64,000 nucleotides of DNA from Amoeboaphelidium protococcarum X5 (Eukaryota; Fungi; Aphelidiomycota), in assembly GCA_023515725.1 (NCBI GenBank), contig JALDTO010000235.1, forward strand, positions 584,597-648,596, given 5' to 3'. The translations under genes and the position numbers were made by a program. Each line of letters begins with the position of its first letter. Position 1 is the first letter of the stretch. Below, one piece after another: positions 39,901 to 51,057 of the stretch. The notes under the pieces were generated by a model. That model saw nothing but the letters and a program-made list of their open reading frames with translations. It was not told the origin of the DNA and made no database searches.

Positions 39901-40537
39901 AGACTCAACTATTCGCCCTGACTAGGACGAACGCCAAGAGCTCTCAGCAGTGAAGAACTGACGTGACACTCACCATAGCCAAGTTTACGGTGTGGCCACA
40001 GAGTAGAGAGACCAATCTACTTCTCCAGAGTCGTATTCGCAACAAGAACAATTGTAGATGCTCCGGTACCTGCAAAGGTAGCCACATCCCCTTCCGATTA
40101 AGACTCGCCATTATTGGAAGTGACATTAGCTCTCAATATCCATCGCGGACTTATACCACTAATGATGCTCAAGCCTTATGTCTTCAGTGATAGGTCAGTA
40201 TAATTAACTAGAAAGTTTTCAGTATTCGGGATGGAATTGTCAGCAGTGACTGCAAAATCAAACGAACCAACCTGCTCCTCAGCCAGTCTCAGGAATATGA
40301 TGTTGGACTGATTAAGTATATTCTATATGATTCTACACAAAAGATTAAGAAAAACACAATGCTGTCTTTATAGGAGACAATTTTAAACTCTTACGTCAAG
40401 AAGAGCACAACTACAAGAACAGTGCTGCATCCAATAGTGAATGACTTTTAGTTTCTTCTGTTATCAGCAACTATATAAGCAACAATGATGGATAGAGCAG
40501 ACCACATTGCTCTCCATCTACGCGTAAATTTGTTCAT
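36936..40537 (-). CDS. FtsX/MacB-family (ABC3) permease with two FtsX domains
   Basis: LMTSDAEEKTFEYGMLRMLGL, KNMNAHAPRNRKTAVMFTL, FTANVRENSWQLGVLRAIGL...IFIYEA. Many TM segments; intron about 40333-40394. Confidence 0.85.
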
Positions 40538-41043
40538 ATTTGAGTGCCTTCTTGGATAAATCAAGGCCAAAATTTTTGATACAATCAGTACACTATTCAG
40601 ATGAGCACGGTATAAAATAGTCAAAATAATTGTAATGATGACTTACTATACAAGGAAGAAAGAGAGATGAAGCACAATCTTTTGTGGAGACGAAGTTGAA
40701 ACGAAACAGTTTGAGGCTTTTGATCGGAGCGTTGAAACTCGTCTGATTCATTCGCCCAAGTGCATGTGCATTAGGTGCATAAATATGCGGTCGAGTTCGC
40801 TCAAATAATGATGCATCTTTTGATCATATAGCTATATCTGAAGAAACACATGTGAGAATTAAAACATCTTTGTTGCCTTGTAAATAAGCATCATTGTTTT
40901 TTTTGGTTCATGAAATGGACACGCCTAAGTGTTCGCTAAATGATTATCAAAGTTCGTTCTTTTGTTCTCTTATTCAAAGTTTTATTCCTAAAACGTAAAC
41001 CAATCATTTGAATAAAATTGATAAACTACTCTTCAGATTAAGT

Positions 41044-41575
41044 ATGAATATTCAGTATATGCTCTTAGTGTCTAGATAAGGCAAAATTAGGTTGACTAAA
41101 TGGTTTGCTGTACTGCCGAATAAGGAAAAGGCTAGGATCGTGAAAGAAGTGTCCACTGCCGTGCTTTCAAGACGCAGCAAGATGTGTAATGTGCTTGAGT
41201 ACAAAGATCATAAAGTACTGTATCGCAGATATGCATCGCTCTACTTTGTGGCTGGTGTCAGTAATGATTCTAATGAGCTATTAGTGTTGGAGATTATACA
41301 TCGTTTTGTCGAAGTGCTGGATAGATACTTTGGCAATGTTTGCGAACTTGATCTAATCTTTAACTTTAATAAGGTAAGAAAGATATCATTAAATCTAAGT
41401 TGTTTAAAGATTTAAATGTTGAACTAATTGAGATATAATGTAGGCGTACTATATATTGGATGAATTGTTGATTGCCGGAGAGTTGTAGGAGAGCTCTCGC
41501 AAGTCTGCGCTGAGAGTCATCACTCAACAAGATACTTTGGCCGAGGGAGAAGACCCAGCGGATTAACACAAGTGA
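41044..41575 (+). CDS. APS1: AP-1 adaptor complex sigma subunit
   Basis: LLVSRQGKIRLTKWF, YRRYASLYF, EIIHRFVEVLDRYFGNVCELDLIFNF, AYYILDELLIAGELQESS. Intron about 41374-41443. Confidence 0.93.
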
Positions 41576-41717
41576 TCCTTTGATTATAGTTTGATTGTGT
41601 ACTTTACTTTTTACATTTACATTTACCTGGTAGCTGGTTCAATAAACTTTAAATTCGCTAAAGCTGTCTTATCATAAATACAAACTGTTAGTATAATCAT
41701 CAGTGGAATCGTTATCA

Positions 41718-44444
41718 TCATTTGCTGGACTTTACAAATTCCAGAATCTTGGCCGTAATCTCCTTCACCAGGATAGGAGACTGTACTTGTACCAGATTGC
41801 TTAAAGCTCCTTCCACATCGTACGTCATCATCATCAGAGCTGGGCGATTGGAGGCTTTCAGGATGGACATTAGCATTTTCAGCAGAGGCAGTTGGATGGA
41901 CACTTGCTTCAGTGACAATGAATCGACAAGCTTTTACATGAACGGAGCCTTGGAAATCTGTGAGGGGAGAGTATGAGAGCTACTAAGCAGCTTTTGGTAC
42001 GGACCAATAAGATTAACCATGTTGGAACTTTTACATTCCACAAATCCTTAAATCAGAACGTCCAAATTCTTGCCATTCAGTAATGCCTTTTCCACTTGAT
42101 CACTCTCCTCCGCCATCCATGCCACAATAGAGTCCAATGCCTACGTCTACCAGTAAGGATTCTAGGCATCCTTTAATAGCTACAGATAGAACGATAGCAC
42201 ATCATGCATCCACATCAACTCTCGACATATTTTAGATCCATGACTCAAATCGCATAACATTGGAAGTGCAAACTGCTTGAGAGGATTATTGGTTTGCACA
42301 ATCTTCAGTAGATGTTATATCATACCAGCCTTGGCAGCAATCTCCAACCTCGTTTTGTTCACCCTACAAAAGTTGAACACTATGAACAGAGCCTGATTTC
42401 TAATCTCCTTCAAGTATTTCCCCTCATGCCGGGATAGCATGTTCACAATCATTGGACCGCCGTTCAGAATCTACAAAGCATCCAGTGCAGACTATACAAC
42501 GGAGATATTCTTTATACCTTTTAGCAGTTCCAACTGGTGTCTGGCAGCAAGCTTTGGATAGACATCAATGAAAGATTTAATAGTCCGCTTGGTAGACATA
42601 GCTTCCTTCACCTTGAGATTGGAACGAGTGAAGACAGAAATCACTTCAATCAGCTTGATAATATATCCTTCTGTCTCGGATAGATCGTCATAAATCAGAT
42701 CTTTCAGCACTTCAAATAGGACAAACACGGCATCATATTTGGATAACATCATGCAAAATTCATTTTTAGGATAGTTATTAGACTAATGCAGGATAACATT
42801 GAGCCCCTCAATGGCAGTAAACACAAGATTCTTGCGCTGGCTGTTATAAGATTCATTCAAAAGCTGGACCAAAGTACTAAGACCATCGCAAGAGACAAAA
42901 CAGCGCACGGTATTCTCAGAGCTTTGAAGACACAATAAAACAAACTCAGCAGCTTGAAGTCGCAAAGTCAAATCTTGTCCAGCTTTTAGCAATGCAATAA
43001 TCTTATTAACGGCACCGAGGAAACACATACTCTCTAGCGTCTCTTTACTTTGACCTAAATTGATTAGAACTTTTAGCAAGAGGCCCTTGGCAGTAAGTGA
43101 CAGATTGCAATCTAAAAGCTGCAACAGAGGCAGTAGACCATGATTCTAAACCACCTCACTTTGCAAATTCAGATCAGTTAAAAGGGAAAGCAGACGAGAT
43201 AGATAGTCTACCAGTTTTGCGTCATCGGCCTTCAGCTTATTAGACACAATATCAGCCACTTCAGCTGCTAATTTAGCTTTGCCATCACGTTCCATCTACA
43301 CTTCTCCCTCTAACAAATCAAATGGATCCTCCTCGTCTTCATCAAAATTGGCATCCTGCATATCCATCTTATTACGCAAACGACTTTCCAGATCAATATT
43401 AAAGGTGTCAAAATCATCGTCAATCATAGTGTTCAAGTTCTTATTATTAATGTCGGGCTTGGATTTCACACGCTTCACTGCATTATCATCTGCAGCCGCC
43501 TTCTATGGTGCAGAAGATTGCGCCGACATTTTACTTCTAACCGCACTGAGCCACTGATGTTTAATCAATTTCTTTGCACTAATACGCAGGTTGGGATCCC
43601 GCTGGAAACAAGACATGAGGAAATCTGAAGCCACGCTGGACGCAACTTCCGGAATAGGTGGATGATCGTCTTGTACAATTTTGAATAGGGCAGCCATAGG
43701 AGAGCATTGAAAGTACGGAGGTTCGCCAGTCAACAGTTCAATCACAGTACACCCAACGGACCAGATATCACTGGCAGTTCCGGGCTGCTGCATCTCAATA
43801 ACTTCTGGTGCAAGCCAATACGGACTTCCGACTACCATGGATTCACCTTACGGCTCATTCAACTTTGTCGCCACACCAAAATCACCCAGTTTGACGTGAC
43901 CTTCTTTGGTGGATAGGATATTCGCAGCTTTGATATCACGATGCACCACACCTTCCTCGTGAAGATAAATCAAGCCTTCCAACACTTGATAGACATACAC
44001 AGCCACTAGGCCCTCACTGATTTATCCAAACTTTTTCAAGGTGGTCTACAACGAACCATTCTCACAAAACTCTAAAACTATGTACAGAAAGTCTTTAGTC
44101 TTTATAAATCCAGAGTACTTGACAATGTTTTAATGATTCAACTTTTTTAATAAATCAATTTCAAGCTACATAAAATTATAAAATAAATTAACATCTAGGC
44201 ATAATATATCTGATACAATTTACCATTATAGAAGCAACTTCACTCTTGGGAATATCTGCCAGCTTCACCTGCTTTATAGCCACAACCTCACCAGTCTCCT
44301 TGTTTAAGCCTCTATACACAGCTCCAAAGGCACCCTTTCCAATACAATCACCTAATTGCTACAATAAGTTCTTATTAAATTAATCATAAGGGAATTTGAT
44401 AGAATACTTACATATTATCCAACAGATTTATCCACAATATTCAT
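41718..44444 (-). CDS. sepH: Septation-initiation/mitotic-exit kinase Cdc7(Sp)/SepH/Cdc15
   Basis: [65 protein letters not shown] and a C-terminal ARM region ([15 protein letters not shown]). Two 5' introns. Confidence 0.9.
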
Positions 44445-44638
44445 CCTCTTTGTTCTATACTGAAAAAACAAAGTTAAAACAAAGGCAGACGAAACTACAA
44501 ACGAATCGGATCTCTCAATGAAGGGAAGGAGTAAGCTTGACTATGAATACTACAGTACAGAACACTCAAAATAGAAAAATAGCATAAAAAAGAATAAATA
44601 ATCAACAACAGTAAAGAAGAAAATACACGTAACAACTT

Positions 44639-45778
44639 TCACTCATCTTCGTCTCTAATATCCTCGCCGACATTGCCTTTCGTTAGAGCATCGTAGATCA
44701 TCTTCACAATCAGAGATCCCCAATAAACGTGCAAAATCTACAAAATCGATAACAGCACCAGAAAGACGGGAAATTGAGGCATTAAAGTCATAGCTTTAGT
44801 ATATCCATAAGTACTAACTAGGTAACGGACGCAAGGCTGGAGTACAGTCAGAGGAAATACTACACAACGCGATACCAGAAAAACAGCGGCGAATGTGGCA
44901 AAGAACCCATTCGCGTAATTCTACTTCTGCGCATACATACTCAACTTGGCCAACTCCATTATGGGATCAGAAATATCGTGTAGCACCAAAATTATACATC
45001 CAATCCTAAATTACTTCAAATACCAAGAGGTGACAATTAAAGCGATAGTGACCAGGTGATGAAGAATCATCTACAACTTGTCTTTCTATTTAGGTCCTTC
45101 CAAGTTGAACGCTACCAGAATTGTGCTGTAAATATAATAAGCCAGCGCATACTGATAGTGTAACAAGATTGGAGACGATGATACAGTGGTCCTAATCGAC
45201 TGAGATATCAGATTGAAGGTACAAGTCAAAAAATCCAGATTTAAAAACTTTGACAGTCTAGATAGCGCGTAATCATAGCCATGACTACCTGAAGCATCAT
45301 ATCTTATCCTCATATAAGGCCACTGATCAAAAGAGAATTACTACCCTCTGAGCAACCATCCATCACTCAGCCAGTGTCCATCAGCTCCTACAAACATCTA
45401 GTTATCGCCAATCAATGCGTACAATCCAAGACAGAACAGGACAGAGTAAGACACCAGTTTGTACATTGACGTGGTGCACTTCCACAAATTTGTAGAATAC
45501 TATTGCAATAAATTTTATCGCGGCTGTCCCAGCTTAGGACTGGGAGGTGGAGATTGAACACGCTAACCATCAGGTCGGCGCACTATAACCAGAGACAGAG
45601 GCTGAAATATATACCGATGCAGAAGAGAATGCGTACAAGCTATGAGGGCAACCAGAAGGAAAACCATTATCCCGTCTTGAATAAAATTCATATCCGCTCC
45701 CACAGGATGATCAACAGCCTTGTGCAACCCAGTAAACGCCACATTCCTGTCAATCACTGGTAAATCAATGTGAGCCAT
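44639..45778 (-). CDS. Ceramide synthase (Lag1/TLC domain)
   Basis: KDKLQMILHHLVT, RIGCIILVLHDISDPIMELAK, LQILHVYWGSLIVKM, EDIRDEDE. Confidence 0.9.
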
Positions 45779-46261
45779 ATTTGATCAGGATTTAATAATT
45801 CTAATCACTTTCGAGTAGAAGATCCTAAGATATATAAGTGTGCGTATGTGTGTAATGTCTGAGAAGACAATCCAATACAGGAGGTGAAGAGCTAGCTAAA
45901 TACAGAGAGATAAAAATGTGAAAGAAAGGATGTGTCACCCCTGATCATGTTGCGCAGGCGGCGTCTTCACTAACACCCAATCGTCGCCTGAAATGGACTA
46001 TTTGCGCGTTTTGGGCAATGATGATTGAGACTCACACAGCGTGTTTAACGCTCTAGGTGAATCATCCCTCTCGTTTCACAATTTTGCAGAAAGAAGTACC
46101 CGTTTTAGTTAAAGGCGCGCTCGCTAAGGCGCTGTAGATACGGTACCATGAGTTATTTGATCTTCATTTCTTCAAAGGTCAGCGTCTTTCATTGACACTA
46201 AGAATTATTAATATTAAAGTCACTGCTAGGATTTACTATTTTTGCGTCAGCGATAAAAGTG

Positions 46262-46858
46262 ATGACTGTGAAAAATGGCTACTAATACCGCAATAGCGAT
46301 TTTGAAGGCTGTGACTCAGGTCCATGGTACTGCTATTCACTAGACGGATAGGCCTAAGAATTTTTAGGACCGCATGAAAATTTTGGATACCACTGCACTA
46401 GCAAAGATAATATACTGTCTATTGTGAGTAATGGCCTATTGGCAAGCTCGGAACAAAATCTGAAAAATGGTTTATTGCAACTGACAACAGGAAACTATAC
46501 TAATGGAGTCTCGTTCTATCGGGGATTTCATGGCTGTGAATTACGGGCTAATGGGTTCCTCGATGGCGCTGCAATCTTCGCGTGTGACTTCACCGGCTGG
46601 ACAACGGAAAATGTCGTCGGACTTATGTACCGAAAGTTATTTGAATGTCAAGATGATTCTCCAACTCTTAAAAATAAACTTCTGTACATTGGGCACGAAA
46701 ACATTTATGGGATTGAAGAATGTTTAGCGAAGGAGCCGCCCAGGCCAAATTACGTATTTTTAAGTACTCGGGTTACTAATGACAATGTAAATTTACTTGG
46801 TATGGTAGAGTTAGTGAAACAAGGTCATAAACTTTGGTTGAACCCTCCCACGTAATGA
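46262..46858 (+). CDS. Orphan protein with ADP-ribosyltransferase-like signature (start uncertain)
   Basis: Open frame from ATG46262 to TGA46858. GYHCTSKDNILSIVSNGL, NGVSFY, IEECLAKEPPRPNYV. Confidence 0.55.
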
Positions 46859-47313
46859 GGCATCTGGAAGCTAATACACTAATCTTGGCGACGACTGTGG
46901 GAAGTCTCATTGAGTTCTAGCCCATCTTGTCTCATTAATACATAATTGTCATATCATTACATTATCTTCTAGTTTTCATCTTTTTTTAGTTTTAATTATT
47001 CTTAATTCACATGGAAAGGGGCCATTCAAGGACTTGAGAATTGAGGTCACATCTAACTAGAATAAACAAGTGTTATATGAACAGAAAAAGATTTAGGGGC
47101 CGATCCGCCCGAAGTTTTTCTCGCTTCGCCCGTTCCCACGTTCATACATATCTTTGCTTGAATTGTGTTGTAGCGTGGGTTAATTTATCATCCGGCTCGA
47201 CCCTTTTTTATTAGCTTTGATCTTAACAGTAGAATCTCTGGCAGTTGATCTACTTGCAGTACACTGTCTATTTTGTTAGGGATCAAGGTTTAAAGTTTTG
47301 GTGTCAAACAATT

Positions 47314-50300
47314 ATGGCTAGATCTCTGTTGCTTGGATATAGATTTTGTTAGGAATTTTGGAATGCTTTTACAATCTCATCTTTATTCATTCTCATCATC
47401 ATCATGATTTCTATGGGCGATTAGTAAATGACACTGGGAATGTCAGTTGGAGGTGTAATGGACTCTTAGTTGAGTACGGAGAATTTTGTATTATCTCTTG
47501 ATGGATCTACCGAGTCGCATCCACTGGCCAAGATATCTCGTAAACTATCGCTGAGGCCTACTGTGTCAAAGGACTCACCTATTCTGTTCTTTCTGAAGAT
47601 ATTTCACAAATCTGATGTCGCTAGAACACGCCCTGTATGGTCCATGACTAATGCTGGTGTACCGTTCATATAGATTGCCGTTGGTGATGACAAAGTTGGT
47701 CCCGGGAACGGTGAGTATCGAATCATGCAGAATACGCAGTTCATCACCACTCATTAGACGATTGATTATATTGGTATCGTTCCTGCTGGGAAGTAGCATT
47801 ATGGCTCAGCATCTGATAGTGATCGCATAGTTATCTCTGGATAACTGTCGTACAGTAAAGCAGATGATTTATCTTAGAGACAGCCTCGCCGTAGTCAAAG
47901 ATCTTCGACTGCATCTAATAGTGCTGATGAGTCTAGCGTCTTCATTGCAAAGTATACCGTGCATTTTACTGAAACTCATTCTAATGAGCTGTAGTTCAGT
48001 GTTAATGTCCACGATGTCAACTAGAATGGCTACGGGAATTATGATAGAATCATGTTAACATACTCCATGGGAGAAGAGGAGGAAGTTTTTGGTCTTGGTG
48101 AGTAGTTTAGCTATTGGTCACTGAAAGGTCAAAGAGTTCCTATCATTAGTCGAGAGCAGGGCATTGGCAGAGGAAGATAGCCTCTTACATATATTTTGAA
48201 TCATGTTCCTCCTAAGGAGCCATCATATGCAGGAGCTGATGCCCTATCCACTTATACTGCTATTGCTCATTATATTACATCTCAATCTCGATCGGTGTAC
48301 TTGCATAATTCCGAATTGTCCATCTTTGATTTTACTGTCAAGAATAGATGCTAAATTGAGGTTGTAAGTCTGCAGTGCAAATTGAGCCTGTTCTATGCGA
48401 AGAGACCGTTGGAATTGATTGACATTTATACTTAGAGAATTTCTGGTAGGTAGAGTATGCTCCCAGACTGGATAAATGGTAAGGATGGAGCTGTCGTTGG
48501 AATTCAAGGTGGAGAAGGTAAGGTGTTTGATGTTGTCAACAAGCTGTAGAGCCATAATGTCAAAGTCGCCGCCGTCTGGCTTTAAGATTGGGTCGGCACT
48601 AGAGAGTAGCCTATTAATCTGACCATTCCTATCCCCTTTCTGGTTCCTGGCTTCCCCGATCGAAGAACCGCCACAATTAATATTTAAGGCACAAATACTT
48701 AGAAGCGTTTATGGTGGAACTGGGAGAACGATAGGAAACTTTATCCGAATTGGAAGCAGTTCATTTCAAAGTTGTACAATGAGCATGGCGTGAGAGTCAT
48801 GGCTTACATTAATCCATTTCTGACTAATGTGGAGCGTGGTGGAAAGGATCCGGAATCTTTTAAACATAATTACTTCAAGGAGGCTAGCGAGAAAGGCTAC
48901 CTGGTACAGAAGTGGGTCAAGAAATCGGCCCTCGACGAGCACCACAAATAGTAGACTTCTGGGCAGCACGTCTTTAATATTGATCATAGTCTTGACGGCG
49001 AAGATTGGAAGTTGGTTGATTATTTGGTCACCAGTGGACCTGGAGTTGTAGCAGGCATGGTGGATTTGTCTAATCCGTAAGCTTTTGAATGGTTCAAGGA
49101 CATCATAAAGAGGAATATGCTTGAAAATGGTGTTAAAGGTTGGATGGCTGATTTTGCAGAATACATGCCACTTGATGGTGTGATATGGTCGCAATTAAAT
49201 CAAGTAGATGGAAAGATTGAGAAGCACAATCCGCAAGCCTTCCACAATGTCTATCCTCGAGAGTGGGCGCGCCTGAATGCCGAGGCTGTTAAGGAGATGA
49301 ATGAAAGTGGCAATGATGTCGTGTTCTTTATGCGATCCGCTTACTCTGACAGTGCCAAATATTGTAATTCGTTCTGGAATGGTGATTAGCTTCACACTTG
49401 GGATCTATTGGACGGTTTGGAATCAACGATCTTTGGTAGTTTGAATGCTGGACTGTCCGGTATTGCTAACGTTCATTCTGATATTGGCGGATATACCACT
49501 ATCAATGTGGATCCGAATGTTAGAATCAAAGTGGCGAATAAAACTACCATTGTGCGACTGCCTATAATTGACAGAAGATTAAGACTTACGCGTCAGGATT
49601 CAGAGTTGTTCTACCGGTGGATGGAGACGGCTGTGTTTACATCTACCACCATGTATAGAACTCATGAAGGCTCTGTCCCGGAAGAGAATATGCAAGTGTG
49701 GTCGGACGATGCACACATGAAGGCTTTTGCTCATTTCACTGGCATGTTTTCTAGTTTGATGGAACACCGGAAGTTGCTTTAGGTTGAACATTAGCTACAC
49801 GGGTATCCAATTTTGCGCTCTTTGTATTTGCATTATCCTTATAGCAATAAAGGTGCCATGTAAATGGAGAGATTGCAGTTCATGTACGGCCCTCTGCTTC
49901 TCATCGTTCCCGTCACGTCTCCTGGTATTCAGTCGCTTAATCAACAGATCTCTGAGCCCAAACCTGACGATGATCCTAATCTGCTACAGGAAGATGAGAT
50001 GGAGTTGGACAATTAATCTTCTGATGAAGAGGACTCGCTAATTCAGTAGAGGATAATGATTCCTAACAGGGATGGAAAGCACTCTGCTAAGGGAAGACTA
50101 ATCTCCAATGTGAGATATTGGGCGACGGAAAGTGTACTTTCTACTGCTAGAGTTTTACTACGCGCTTTCTAAATCAATGGAGATGCTGAGCAGAGTGCCA
50201 TCATACAGATGACTGAGCCAGTTAATGTTAATACGCCTCTGTCCAAGTCTGCGCCCCAATAGTTTAGTAGACGTCCCGCACTTGATGACCCTGCTATCCC

Positions 50301-50844
50301 TGATCCTATAGTTCGCTCAATGTCTCCATAGAAGTAATTCTAGCCTCCATCTGGTAGAAAGGCTCCACACTCGGCTGGTCGCCGTCGTCAGATTGTTGCT
50401 CCTAAAGAGCCGCCACAGCCTAGACACGGTCGTCCTTATTTACCCACTGGAACTTGGAAATACCTGTGGACAGGAGATGATTTTGATGTGCAAGATCCGT
50501 CAGGACTATTCATTACCAATCAGTTGAACAAAACTCTGCCTTGTCCTTTAGGAAAGTCCGGAGTGTTTATCCGCTCCATCTCTGAGCAGTAGATGAAGGA
50601 GATTGTCACTAATGGCATGTCGAATAATATGCGATCAAAAGGTGGAGAAGATTGGCGTTATTGGTTGGATTCGTTCGAGGCAGATAGTAACTCAGACTTA
50701 CGTGATGGTCCTCAGTTATAGCACAGAATGCAAGATATTGATCAGTTGGTTGATCGCGCCATGGGAAAGTACTATAAGCTCAGAGAAAGTCTGAAGCCAT
50801 TTTTGGAATACACTGAAAACAACCAGTGGTCACCAATAGATTGA
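47314..50844 (+). CDS. GH31 glycosidase, sulfoquinovosidase (YihQ)-like, N-terminally membrane anchored, about 1176 aa
   Basis: FGLGEQF, REQGIGRG, GIQGG, WLQDW, KRLWWNW, GWMADFAEY, WNGDQ, HSDIGGY, RTHEG, YLPTGTW. Confidence 0.9.
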
Positions 50845-51057
50845 AATTTAATTTACATTTTGCCGGTTATATGTTTTAGACTGTACCTTCTTCTATCACA
50901 TATCTCTCAACCATACCGTAAGATCAAGAGCTATTATATCATTGAAAAATGAGCGACGCGCCTCCTCCAACAATCGCCGTCGCTTCAATCACACAGATCG
51001 CTTCATGTTCAATTCTTGCGAAAACTCAACAAAAAAGAACAGTACTTGCATAACAGC

